NCBI GenBank assembly: GCA_963769425.1
Contig: CAVYLP010000006.1
Span: 864,001 to 928,000 of the forward strand
Origin: Candidatus Bathyarchaeota archaeon
GTDB taxonomy: Archaea > Thermoproteota > Bathyarchaeia > TCS64
Direction: 5' to 3'
DNA length: 64,000 nucleotides
Shown here: in pieces, positions 9,328-18,548 of the stretch
Layout: the number at the start of each line of letters is the position of its first letter
Numbering within the stretch: position 1 is the stretch's first letter
Translations under genes and position numbers: made by a program
The notes under the pieces: model-generated
What the model was told of the DNA's origin: nothing
Seen by the model: only the letters and a program-made list of their open reading frames with translations
Database searches by the model: none

Positions 9328-10947
9328 CTAGTGTAGGGGGAATGCGTCCCTCTTCCTCTTAATCTCTGCATCCTCGCGGGCTTGCCTGAGGAGGTCCGCG
9401 ATCTCAGGCGTCCTGCCGCCGTGGCGCGTCTCACGCTTCGCAGTTTTGATCATGACCGGTACGGGAACGAACGGGCCGACGAGAACCGCCTCCCCCTGTT
9501 CGAGCGCAGGGAGATCGGCGAGCAGATCTTCGCTGAAGGACTCCGACGCCGCCTGTATAGTGTTCTGGTCGGTGCTGTTGACGACGCGAAGTATAGCGAG
9601 GTTGCTGCAGTTACTGAGTATGTCGGGGTCGATACGGCGAGGTCTCTGGCTGATGACGGTGAGGAAGACGCCAAATTTGGCCCCCTCCGCCGCGATGCGT
9701 GCAAGTATGTCCCTGCTGAACCTGCCCCCGCCCTCGTCTGGGGGCGCCGCGAACCTGTGCGCCTCCTCGACGAAGACGAAGAGGGGCAGCCTCTCCTCGT
9801 GCCTGTACTTGATCTGGAAGATGCGCCGCAGGATCATGCCGACGATGACGTCCTGCTCGTCGTCGCTTATGCCGCTGAGGAAGACATCGCTCATGTGCTG
9901 GGGGGCGAAGAACTCCTTGACGGGCAGCTCTCCCTCGCTGAAGATGTTCCTCTCCTCGAGGCCCTCGAGGTGCTCTATGAGGCGGGCGACGCGTGTGGCG
10001 TCCTGCTTCGCCTTCTTCTTTTTCTTCTTCCCCTCCGTCTCCTCCTCTTCCTCGCCCTCGTCGAGCTGTTCGTAGAGGACGTCGATTATGTCCTGTAGGC
10101 CGTAGAACTTCTTGCGCGCCTTTGCCTCCTTGACGGCTTTGCCGAGGATTATCCTCTGGAGGCTTCCCGTGACGTGGGAGAGCCTGCAGAGTTCGCCGGT
10201 GGTGCACTGGCTGACGCTGATGTGTAATGGCTTGACGTGTGGGGCGTCGAACGCCTCCGCGGCCTCGGGGCGGTAGACGGTGACTTTATCGCGGAAGTAC
10301 TCGTGCTCAGCGCCGCTCGGGTCCTGGGTCATGTTGGCATAGTCCCCGTGGGCGTCGATGACGAGGATTGATGCGCCTTGGCGGAGGAGCTGCTCCATGA
10401 TGCGCCCAGCGAAGTAGCTCTTGCCGTACCGCGTCATGGCGAGTATGGCGGTGTGCCTGTGCAGCTCCTTGCCGCTGATTGGGACGTTTATCCCCTCCCT
10501 GTGCAGGAGGCTCCCGACCATGAGGGGTACCTCGCCCTCTCCGAGGGTGAAGAGGCGCTGCAGAATCTCATCCGAGGCCCTGAACACTGGGCTCCCGGGC
10601 ATCGGAGGGCTGCGCGGCCTCCGCACCTCGCTCCTCCCCCCTTCGTCGTGCAGGTAGCCGAGAACCTTGGCGTGCGCGAACACCTGTATGAGGTCATCGT
10701 CTACGCCCAGCTCCCCCATCTTCCTCGCGGCGTCGGGGGTTGTCCTCTCGTCGTAGAAGGGGTGGCGGCTCGTTATCGTCTTCACCTGCCCGAGCACCCT
10801 TATGCTCCTCATCGAGCCGTCCTGCTGTGGCTCCTCCACCTCGACCTCGACGTACTCGTAGCTCACCGGCCTGTTCTTCGTGTCCTCTATGTTGAACTCG
10901 AACCACGTCGGGTCGCTCTGCCCTATGATGCTGCCATACGCCTTCAT
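9328..10947 (-). CDS. herA: HerA DNA translocase/helicase
   Basis: N-terminal HAS-barrel-like region, RHTAILAMTRYGKS, IDAHGDY, VEEAHRFA, EGAKFG..ISQRP. Confidence 0.92.
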   Translation of the reverse strand: MKAYGSIIGQSDPTWFEFNIEDTKNRPVSYEYVEVEVEEPQQDGSMRSIRVLGQVKTITSRHPFYDERTTPDAARKMGELGVDDDLIQVFAHAKVLGYLHDEGGRSEVRRPRSPPMPGSPVFRASDEILQRLFTLGEGEVPLMVGSLLHREGINVPISGKELHRHTAILAMTRYGKSYFAGRIMEQLLRQGASILVIDAHGDYANMTQDPSGAEHEYFRDKVTVYRPEAAEAFDAPHVKPLHISVSQCTTGELCRLSHVTGSLQRIILGKAVKEAKARKKFYGLQDIIDVLYEQLDEGEEEEETEGKKKKKKAKQDATRVARLIEHLEGLEERNIFSEGELPVKEFFAPQHMSDVFLSGISDDEQDVIVGMILRRIFQIKYRHEERLPLFVFVEEAHRFAAPPDEGGGRFSRDILARIAAEGAKFGVFLTVISQRPRRIDPDILSNCSNLAILRVVNSTDQNTIQAASESFSEDLLADLPALEQGEAVLVGPFVPVPVMIKTAKRETRHGGRTPEIADLLRQAREDAEIKRKRDAFPLH

Positions 10948-12230
10948 CCCAAATTCCTCTTCTCCCTGCGCTTACCCTCCACGTCGAGGCCCGCCTCCTC
11001 GAGGCGGCGTACTATGAAGGGCTCATATTTTCTATGGTATAGGTCCCTGTCGAAGTGTGCCAGCGTGTCGGCCTGCTTCAGGGGTATGTTGTACTCGACC
11101 TCGTTACAGAACCAGTGTCCGAGGTGGTTCAAAACCTTTTCAAGGTTGGGGTTGCCGGTGAGGAACATATTCCGGGTGTGGCTGCTCCACGCCTCGGGGC
11201 GGCCGAGGAGGTTGGCGAGCACGTCGACCCGAAATGGACGTGCCTTAGGGCCCGGCTTCCAATAGATAGCGGCGACGCCGGGGGCGGAGAAGAATCCTTT
11301 CACCGCCTCCTTGACCCGCGTCGCGGTGCCCGCCTCGAGGTACTTGTCGACCATCCTGTAGAGGCTCGCGGTGTCGTTGTCGGCGTAGTAGATTGAGGGT
11401 GAGAGGTAGAGGGGCGATGTGTAGCCCGCCGTCTCCGTCGACTCCTTGACTAGGAGTGGGTCGCAGAGTGGGCGTGCCTCGATCCACGGCTCGATCTGCT
11501 TCCACTCCGTCTCGCCCCAGTTCTGCATCTTGCCCCTGAGGTCGATGGGGGAGGACGCTTCGTCGAGCTGCTTGACTAGACTGCCGAGCCCCGCTTTGGT
11601 AACTGCCTCCTTGAGCAGCTCCATGTAGAGGAAGAAGACGCTCGAGTCCTTAGCGACGCCGACTAGGGGGAACCCGTTGTCGCGAGCCAGCGTGCGAAGC
11701 CGGGTGATGGACTCGAAGAAGTCTATGAGAAGCTCGGGGTGGTGCCTGTACTCCCTGACGGCGTATGGGAACCTGCCTATGTAGAGGCTCCCATCCATGA
11801 GGACGACGGGCTGCCCGCCCTCGTCGAGCACTTTCCTCGCCGCGGCGTAAGCTGCGTCGTACTCGCAGATGGTACGCACGTACCCGGGGATGAATCCCTT
11901 GTCCCTGTCCTCATAGACCTGTCCGACGTATAGCCGGACCTTTCTCTCCATGCGCCGCCCCTCACCGGGCTTGTGGATGAGGGCTATGGCGCGCCCCGCC
12001 GCGACGAAATCCCCGTAGGCGAAGTCGCTCTGCTGTATGCCGCCGTCGACGCTGATCAGGGTTCCCTTCCTATCGTCGGAGTCGCCGGCGTATGGTAACC
12101 ACCTCGCCTTCACCTCGTCGGCGAGTATCGACCGCTTCGAATCCTCCTCGTCCCTCGCCGCAATCTCGCCAGCAACCCTCTCCAGCTCCGAGTAGAATTC
12201 GTCGAAGAAGAGGTCTCTTACCCCACTCAA
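10944..12230 (-). CDS. nurA: NurA nuclease
   Basis: SVDGG, VLMDGSL, GVAKDS, C-terminal YNIPLKQADTLA; overlaps herA by 4 bp; TTG start. Confidence 0.88.
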   Translation of the reverse strand: MSGVRDLFFDEFYSELERVAGEIAARDEEDSKRSILADEVKARWLPYAGDSDDRKGTLISVDGGIQQSDFAYGDFVAAGRAIALIHKPGEGRRMERKVRLYVGQVYEDRDKGFIPGYVRTICEYDAAYAAARKVLDEGGQPVVLMDGSLYIGRFPYAVREYRHHPELLIDFFESITRLRTLARDNGFPLVGVAKDSSVFFLYMELLKEAVTKAGLGSLVKQLDEASSPIDLRGKMQNWGETEWKQIEPWIEARPLCDPLLVKESTETAGYTSPLYLSPSIYYADNDTASLYRMVDKYLEAGTATRVKEAVKGFFSAPGVAAIYWKPGPKARPFRVDVLANLLGRPEAWSSHTRNMFLTGNPNLEKVLNHLGHWFCNEVEYNIPLKQADTLAHFDRDLYHRKYEPFIVRRLEEAGLDVEGKRREKRNLG

Positions 12231-12284
12231 GCCCCGTCAGTGAAGACTAGCCGCGTCCGCATATATGTTGGAGAGGTGAGTGAA

Positions 12285-12611
12285 GGTGCAGCGGTGGCTC
12301 CCATGGGCAATCGGGATGGCGTGGCGCAGGTCCGCGTCACCCTCCTCCGTCCCGAGTTCCCGCGAGCGCCAAACGTTCAGACTTAGGTTGCTCCCTCCCG
12401 GGCCTGGCCAGGTTCGCCCGTCGAATGCACGCGCGCCCCCCTACGAGGGCGTGCGACGCAGCCGCCGGCCCCGCGGGGCAGGACATCGACGGAGGGCTCC
12501 GCGCCTTACGCCTCGCTTCCCCCGGCCACCCAAGAGGTTACTGACCCCCTTTGTAGCCCGTTAAGGGTGCGGGGCAGGGCTGGCTCCCCGATCCTACCCA
12601 CCACTGCAACC
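12285..12611 (-). ncRNA. ffs: Archaeal signal recognition particle (7S) RNA
   Basis: Minus strand has the helix-8 motif GCCAGGCCC-GGGA-GGGAGCAAC, a helix-6 GNAG loop (CCCUC-GUAG-GGGG), and complementary ends (GGUUGCAGUGGUGG / CCACCGCUGCACC); about 325 nt. Confidence 0.9.
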
Positions 12612-12750
12612 TAAGTGGCGGAGCCTCGCGGTAAAAGCATTATGCACGCCATAATGATATCCAGTTAAGCCCTGGAAGTGCGAATATAACGAGGTCACCC
12701 CTCCCCACTAGAAAGGGATATATTCCGTGAGGCAGTCGGAACTGAGCTAT

Positions 12751-13992
12751 ATGCCCTCCGAGCTTACTCCGCAAATGCGGAAGAACTTCAACATAATGAT
12801 CGCCTCCACTATTATCATGCAAATAACCTCCTCAACCATTTACATGGTCCTGCCGCTCTTCTTCTCGAGCGTCGGTCTCAGCAACGCCGACAACGGTCTA
12901 CTCATCTCGGTGGGTACATTCGCTGGGATCTTAAGCGGCCTCGTAGCGGGCGCCCTCTCAAACAGATACGGGCGGAAAAATATCCTCGTACTGAGCGGGT
13001 TCATCTACTCCTCAACTTACTTCATGCTCGTATTCATGGGGCACGACTTCACATCTCTCATGATTTCGAGGTTCATCGCGGGCATCGGTTTCTACATGAT
13101 GCCGGTGGCCGTGACTACGATGGCGGCTGATATCTTTCCCTATAAGGATCGCGGAAAGGCTATGGCCCTATACGGTGTATCCGGCGGGGTCGGTGCCCTG
13201 ATAGGTCCATTGATTACTCCCTTCTTGGTCTTCGGATCTGACTACACTTGGTACTTCCTGTTCTCCGCTGTCTCGATCCTACTCAGCGCAATCGCCATGG
13301 TATTTCTTGTAAAGGAGACACTGCCCGAGGAAATCAAACAAAAAGCAATGATGTCCTCGGGGAAGAAGGTAGATGTCAGGGGTTTCCTGACCTCGGTTAA
13401 GGGTCTCGGCATCGTTGTCGCGATATTCCTTTTGGCGGTTCTCCTTTACCGCACCGGGTATACTATGATCGACCCCTTCCTCAGCCTGTACTTGATGGAG
13501 GTCCTCCACCTCGACCTCGGATCCACTAGTTACATCTTCGCCCTAAGGGCTTTGTGCACGATCATCTTCTCACAGGCCTCCGGATGGCTCACAGACAAGT
13601 ACGGCAGGAAGACGATGTTCCTGATAGGGCTTGGGATGACGGTGATAACAACCTTCAGCTACACGATTACCTCAACATTCGTCCAAATGCTTTTCCTGAG
13701 GGCCTGGGACGCTGCTGCTACAGCAATAACCCTTACTGCGATTCGAACCCTCATAGCTGACCTGCTGAGCCCGGAGATGCGCGGATTTGGTATGGGCCTA
13801 CACTCGGCGATCACTCAGCAGAGCTCGACTGTCGGCTCTATCTTCAGCGGCTTCATAATCGATGCTTACGGCTTCAATACAACCTTCTACTCGGCAACCA
13901 TTATGTGCCTAGTTGCATTGGTCATCGTTCTCATCTGGGTTCATGAGCCTGGAAAGTTGAAGAAAGTGAAGGGACCGCCCCTGAAGAGCTAA
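12751..13992 (+). CDS. MFS transporter
   Basis: About 12 TM segments; MFS motif A (GALSNRYGRK, GWLTDKYGRK). Confidence 0.92.
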   Translation: MPSELTPQMRKNFNIMIASTIIMQITSSTIYMVLPLFFSSVGLSNADNGLLISVGTFAGILSGLVAGALSNRYGRKNILVLSGFIYSSTYFMLVFMGHDFTSLMISRFIAGIGFYMMPVAVTTMAADIFPYKDRGKAMALYGVSGGVGALIGPLITPFLVFGSDYTWYFLFSAVSILLSAIAMVFLVKETLPEEIKQKAMMSSGKKVDVRGFLTSVKGLGIVVAIFLLAVLLYRTGYTMIDPFLSLYLMEVLHLDLGSTSYIFALRALCTIIFSQASGWLTDKYGRKTMFLIGLGMTVITTFSYTITSTFVQMLFLRAWDAAATAITLTAIRTLIADLLSPEMRGFGMGLHSAITQQSSTVGSIFSGFIIDAYGFNTTFYSATIMCLVALVIVLIWVHEPGKLKKVKGPPLKS

Positions 13993-14106
13993 AACCTGTA
14001 GATACTTATTCTAGATTTTTAGTAAATAGGTGATCGTATCCCCGACGTAATGTTAATATGTAGACTCCGCGGGGTGATTGGAGTTCCCTCCCCGGTGAAG
14101 CATTAA

Positions 14107-15357
14107 ATGGAAGACATCGATCCGACCCCGCAGCAGCGTAGGAATTACTTCTTCATCATAATCTCCGTAATTTCAATGCAGATAACGGCGTCGACCATCT
14201 ACATGGTCTTCCCTTTGTTCTTCACCGGTGTAGGGTTGGACAAAGGGGAGAGCGGTCTCCTCATCTCGATCGGCACATTCGCGGGGATACTGAGCAGCGT
14301 GGCGGCAGGCGTCCTCTCTAACCGCTACGGGAGGAAGAACATCCTACTCGTAGGCACGCTCATGTACACCGTCGTCTTCTTCCTTTTCGCCTATGCTGGC
14401 AGCGGCTTCGGCATACTCATGCTGCTGAGGTTCATCGAGGGCATCGGGTTCTACATCATGCCCGTCATGGTGACCACCATGGCGGCCGACATATTCCCGG
14501 CAAGGGAGAGGGGCAAGGCGATGGCACTGTACAGTGTCTCGGGGGGCATCGGTTCCCTGATCGGCCCCCTCATCTCTCCTCTCCTAATCACCGGAAACGA
14601 CTACACCCCATATTTCCTCTTCTCAGGCGGTTTTGTCGCGATAAGTGCTATAATCATGATACTCTTCGTCCACGAGACCCTGCCCAAGGAGAAGAGAACC
14701 GTTGTCGATACCAATGCGAAGCGCTTCAGGATCGACCTCCCCGGTTTTCTGCGCTCCACCAAGGGCCTAGGCTTCGTTGTGGGTATCTTCCTACTGGCAA
14801 TCCTCATTTACCGCACCGGATACACGATGGTTGATCCCTTCTTCAGCCTGTACCTGAGTGAGGTAATACACGTCGACCTCTCCCTCACCAGCTACATATT
14901 CGCGGTGAGAGCCCTCTGCATAATCGCCTTCTCACCCATCGCGGGGATCCTCATAGATAGGTCGGGGAGAAAGAACGTCATCCTCATCGGACTCGCCATG
15001 TCGATTGTGACACTCGTAGGCTACACGATCCCCGGCGGCTTCCTCTGGATGCTCATCCTCAGGTCCTGGGACGGGGTAACATGGGCCGTGATGCTTACCG
15101 CGATGAACACGCTGATGGCCGACCTCCTCAGCACCGAGATGCTCGGCTTCGGGATGGGGCTACAAAATGCTATCACTCAGCAGAGCTCGACGATTGGAGC
15201 CCTGTTCAGCGGCTTCCTCATCGACGCCTATGGATATAACCTCGTCTTCTACATCGCCGCCGCAACCTGTGTCGTGGCGCTGGTCTTGGTGAAGCTGCGG
15301 ATACCCGAGCCAGACAGGAAGACGAAGGCCGCATCCCAAGCGCTGCTCACTCACTGA
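14107..15357 (+). CDS. MFS transporter (tandem paralog)
   Basis: GVLSNRYGRK; shares long motifs with the upstream MFS (YRTGYTM.DPF, AITQQSST). Confidence 0.92.
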   Translation: MEDIDPTPQQRRNYFFIIISVISMQITASTIYMVFPLFFTGVGLDKGESGLLISIGTFAGILSSVAAGVLSNRYGRKNILLVGTLMYTVVFFLFAYAGSGFGILMLLRFIEGIGFYIMPVMVTTMAADIFPARERGKAMALYSVSGGIGSLIGPLISPLLITGNDYTPYFLFSGGFVAISAIIMILFVHETLPKEKRTVVDTNAKRFRIDLPGFLRSTKGLGFVVGIFLLAILIYRTGYTMVDPFFSLYLSEVIHVDLSLTSYIFAVRALCIIAFSPIAGILIDRSGRKNVILIGLAMSIVTLVGYTIPGGFLWMLILRSWDGVTWAVMLTAMNTLMADLLSTEMLGFGMGLQNAITQQSSTIGALFSGFLIDAYGYNLVFYIAAATCVVALVLVKLRIPEPDRKTKAASQALLTH

Positions 15358-15362
15358 GTTGA

Positions 15363-16220
15363 CTAGAGGGGTCTGAGGCCGAAGAGGCTCAGGCTGAAGA
15401 TTATGTTCCCTATTATTATGGCGAGGAAGGCGTAGGTGGCGACCGTCTGCAGGAGCTTACCGTTCGGCCTCAACTCGGTAAAGGCCTTCCACATCTGGCC
15501 ACCATCGAGGGGGCCTATGGGTAGCATGTTCATTATGGCGAGGTTTATAGAGACGAAGTAGAGCCAGCTGAAGAATATGGCGAGGGCCTCGGGCATGACC
15601 CCGCCGAACGCTATCATTATTGGTATGATTGCCAGCCCCGTGATGAGGTTGACTATGCTACCTGAGGCGAAGACCCTCATCCTGCTGAGGAGGGGCGCCT
15701 TCTGGAGGTCTTCCTCCTCCGGCTCGACGGCGCCGCCGAAGGTGATGACTGCGACGAGGACCGCGGCTGACTTTACCCTGATTCCCCCGATCACGCACTG
15801 GATGCCGTGGCTCAACTCATGGGTGAGTATCACCACCCCCGCAGCGAGCATGAACCAGGGGAGGCTCGACGCCCCTATGGTGACGCCGGGGATGAGCGGC
15901 TGCACGGGTGTGGCCTGCTCGGGTAGGAAGAAAAACTTGAGAAGGTTGTTTATAAGGAGCCAGGAAGCGAAGGCGGCCTGCCCCACTGACGCGACTACAC
16001 CCACGTTGCCGAGGACGCGCCACATACTCGGGTGCCAATTAGCTAGCCTAGAGATGAAGCCGTTGAGTTTAGTCGACTTGTAGAGGGCGTAGATTGGGCT
16101 TACCTCGAGATCGTCCCTCTTCACCTTGAAGACGATTATGACCGCGTAGAAGGTGAACCAGGCGGCGACGATTATGCCGAGCGTAGTAAGGGCGTCCAAT
16201 CCTTCAGCCTCCATTTTCAC
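15363..16220 (-). CDS. Site-2 protease (M50) membrane metalloprotease
   Basis: HELSH and NMLPIGPLDGG motifs; multiple TM segments. Confidence 0.9.
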   Translation of the reverse strand: MKMEAEGLDALTTLGIIVAAWFTFYAVIIVFKVKRDDLEVSPIYALYKSTKLNGFISRLANWHPSMWRVLGNVGVVASVGQAAFASWLLINNLLKFFFLPEQATPVQPLIPGVTIGASSLPWFMLAAGVVILTHELSHGIQCVIGGIRVKSAAVLVAVITFGGAVEPEEEDLQKAPLLSRMRVFASGSIVNLITGLAIIPIMIAFGGVMPEALAIFFSWLYFVSINLAIMNMLPIGPLDGGQMWKAFTELRPNGKLLQTVATYAFLAIIIGNIIFSLSLFGLRPL

Positions 16221-16257
16221 GTCGATGCTGCAGATATAAGGAGACCGCTCCCTATAA

Positions 16258-16953
16258 GTGGTTGAGTTGGTCTTGTCGGATCACATCGAGGTGAGCTACG
16301 GGGAGCGTAGGTGGGCCTTGCTGAGGTCTCTACGGGGCGAGGCCTCCGCCCTCATGCGCCCCCTGGCCGCCGCTCACATTGACTGCCTCGTCTACGGGAG
16401 CCTCGCTAGAGGTGACGTGAAGCCGACGAGCGACGTCGACATCTTCCTCCCAAGCCCACCCTCACCGGAGCTTATCGAGGCGGCCTTAGAGAGGGCGGAG
16501 ATACGCGCTTCAGAGAGGGAGATAATACAGGCGACCCCAGGATACGCTGCGAAGGGGTATGTGTACACCTCCGAGCGGAGGGGTTACAGCTTCCCGCTCG
16601 TCCCATTACTGCCGGCTGAGCGTGATTTCTACTCATTCGCCGGCTCCGTTGGTCTGAAGCAACTAGAGTACAGCTCCCGGGTGCCCGGCGTCGACAAGAG
16701 GCTGATGCTCATCGAGCCTACGCCGGGGGGGCACGTCGAGTCTGCCGTGGCTGGGAGGGAGGGTGAGGTCGCCCGCCTCCTAGGCGTGGATGTCAGGATA
16801 GTCATGGAGCGGGTTAGGACGCTGGAGCGGAGGCGCGCCATCGGGCGCACGGGGGTCTACCTAAAGCACATTCTGGAGCCGGATGAGGGGTTCGGCGAGG
16901 CCCTACACAGGCTCAGCCTGAGCAGACCCGCCGTCAGAAAACGGCTCGATTAA
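16258..16953 (+). CDS. Archaeal predicted nucleotidyltransferase (Pol-beta family)
   Basis: YGSLARGDVKPTSDVDI; RVPGVDKRL; GRTGVY. Confidence 0.85.
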   Translation: MVELVLSDHIEVSYGERRWALLRSLRGEASALMRPLAAAHIDCLVYGSLARGDVKPTSDVDIFLPSPPSPELIEAALERAEIRASEREIIQATPGYAAKGYVYTSERRGYSFPLVPLLPAERDFYSFAGSVGLKQLEYSSRVPGVDKRLMLIEPTPGGHVESAVAGREGEVARLLGVDVRIVMERVRTLERRRAIGRTGVYLKHILEPDEGFGEALHRLSLSRPAVRKRLD

Positions 16954-16964
16954 AAAAAAGTTGG

Positions 16965-18254
16965 TTACTGGGGTAGGTCCTTGAAGGCCTTGATCTCCAT
17001 CCCCTGCGGAATCTTGACGCCCTCAGCGATCCTGTCGCCGACGACTGCCTTCACACCCTTCGACGCCGCGGCGTCTATGAGGCGCCCCGTCACTATACCG
17101 TCGAAGACCACCGCCTTCACTTCCTCCGCGGCCTTGAGCTTCTCGACGAGTTCGGCCACGGGGAACCTCTCCGACTCGGCGTCGTCCTTCCCTATGAGGA
17201 CGGCCTCGAGGGTGCCCTTTAGCCCGTCTGTGAGCTTTGCGTAGGCGTTGGCGAGGCTCGGTGCCTGGACGACCTGGGGTAGTGGTGGCGGTTTCTGGCG
17301 CTGACCGCGTGGGGGTCTCTCGCGTCTCTCACGCTCGGGTACACGCTCCGGCACGTGCTCGGGTGGGAGCACCTGTGGGCGCTCCTCAACCTGTGGTGGC
17401 GCCTCTGGTGCTGGTCCTGACTGGAGTGCGGCGAACGCCTCCTCTACGGGCACCTTCGCCTCGAGTGCGGCCTTTATCTGGTCGGGGTCGAGTTCCTCGA
17501 CCTCCGAGCCTCTTGGGGCGCGTGCCACGTACTTTGGCTTCGCAACCTGCATCAGTTCCCTCAGTATGAGGTCGCCGCCGCGGTCGCCGTCGAGGAAGGC
17601 TGTTATCTCCTTCTTTCTGGCGAGTTCGCGAATCGTCTTCGGCACCTTGACGCCCTCAACTGCGATGGAACCGGATATGCCGGCCCGCAGGAGGTTGATG
17701 ACGTCGGCTCTTCCCTCGACAAGGATTATGTCGTTGCGCTGGCTGATGTCGGGTGTGGCGGTGAGCCTCTCGCGCCCGTAGTGGACGGGCTCGATCTTCT
17801 TGCCCTCCTGCCCTACCTGCTCGAGCATTATCTCGATGTCGTGGCTCTCCTTTACGTGCCAGTCGCGCATCAGCTCCTTCGCGCGCTCCTGTATGCGCTT
17901 GAGCTTGTCGACTCGGACATCCTTTATGCCCTCGACGGCGATCTTCGCCTCGCAGGGGCCGACCCGGTCCACGGTCTCCATCGCCGCCGCTATTATGGCG
18001 GTCTCTGGCCTGTCTAGGCTCGACGGGACCACGAGTGTGCCGGTTGTCTTGTCGTTCGCCGACTTGAGTTCGATGTCGATCCTGCCGATCTTGCCGGTGC
18101 GCTGTAGCTCGCGGAGTTCGAAGTCCTTGGGGAAAAGTCCCTCAGTCTGTCCGAAGATGGCTCCGATGACGTCGTGGCGTTCAACGACGCCCTCGATTGT
18201 GAAGCGTGCCTGTATCGTGTACTTGACGCCTGTGTAGCTGTCCTTATCTCCCAT
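16965..18254 (-). CDS. dnaG: Archaeal DnaG (TOPRIM; exosome-associated)
   Basis: DVIGAIFGQTEGL, LRELQRTGKIGRI, LVEGRADV, FLDGDRGG; start refined to MGDKDSY. Confidence 0.95.
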   Translation of the reverse strand: MGDKDSYTGVKYTIQARFTIEGVVERHDVIGAIFGQTEGLFPKDFELRELQRTGKIGRIDIELKSANDKTTGTLVVPSSLDRPETAIIAAAMETVDRVGPCEAKIAVEGIKDVRVDKLKRIQERAKELMRDWHVKESHDIEIMLEQVGQEGKKIEPVHYGRERLTATPDISQRNDIILVEGRADVINLLRAGISGSIAVEGVKVPKTIRELARKKEITAFLDGDRGGDLILRELMQVAKPKYVARAPRGSEVEELDPDQIKAALEAKVPVEEAFAALQSGPAPEAPPQVEERPQVLPPEHVPERVPERERRERPPRGQRQKPPPLPQVVQAPSLANAYAKLTDGLKGTLEAVLIGKDDAESERFPVAELVEKLKAAEEVKAVVFDGIVTGRLIDAAASKGVKAVVGDRIAEGVKIPQGMEIKAFKDLPQ

Positions 18255-18285
18255 GCTTATGCAACTCTGTTTTTTGTTTTCCTGA

Positions 18286-18426
18286 TTCACACTGCCCGCG
18301 GTGCGTCCCCCTCTTCTCCTCTGGGGCTTCGCCCGGGTCCGAAGAACTCGTCCCCTCGCTTGGCTTCCATCCGGTGATTGCGGGGAATCGGCCGTTTCCG
18401 GCCTTTCCACCCGCGGTGAGTGTGAA
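18286..18426 (-). ncRNA. Candidate structured RNA in the dnaG 5' leader
   Basis: Closing helix UUCACACU..CCGCGG / CCGCGG..AGUGUGAA with internal hairpins GGCCG-GAAA-CGGCC and GGGC-GAA-GCCC. Confidence 0.5.
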
Positions 18427-18548
18427 CCACGCCTTATGGCGCGTTTAGGATACTTTCATCTAGGGATAAAAACGTTGTCGATCAAGGTCTGGTGGCGGCG
18501 CGGTAGTTTTAAGAGGGTTTCACCGACCCTTATCTGAGGTTCGTCCTC

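Noticed and set aside
8218-11265. Long + strand ORFs (372, 238, 209 and 295 aa)
   Set aside because: Antisense shadows of mre11/herA/nurA caused by high GC3; no recognisable motifs
12280-12564. 94-aa ORF on the + strand
   Set aside because: Antisense to the SRP RNA; Arg/Pro-rich product typical of GC-rich non-coding DNA
18286-18426. RNase P RNA or tRNA
   Set aside because: Lacks the RNase P GAGGAAAGUCC and P4 motifs and has no tRNA cloverleaf or T-loop
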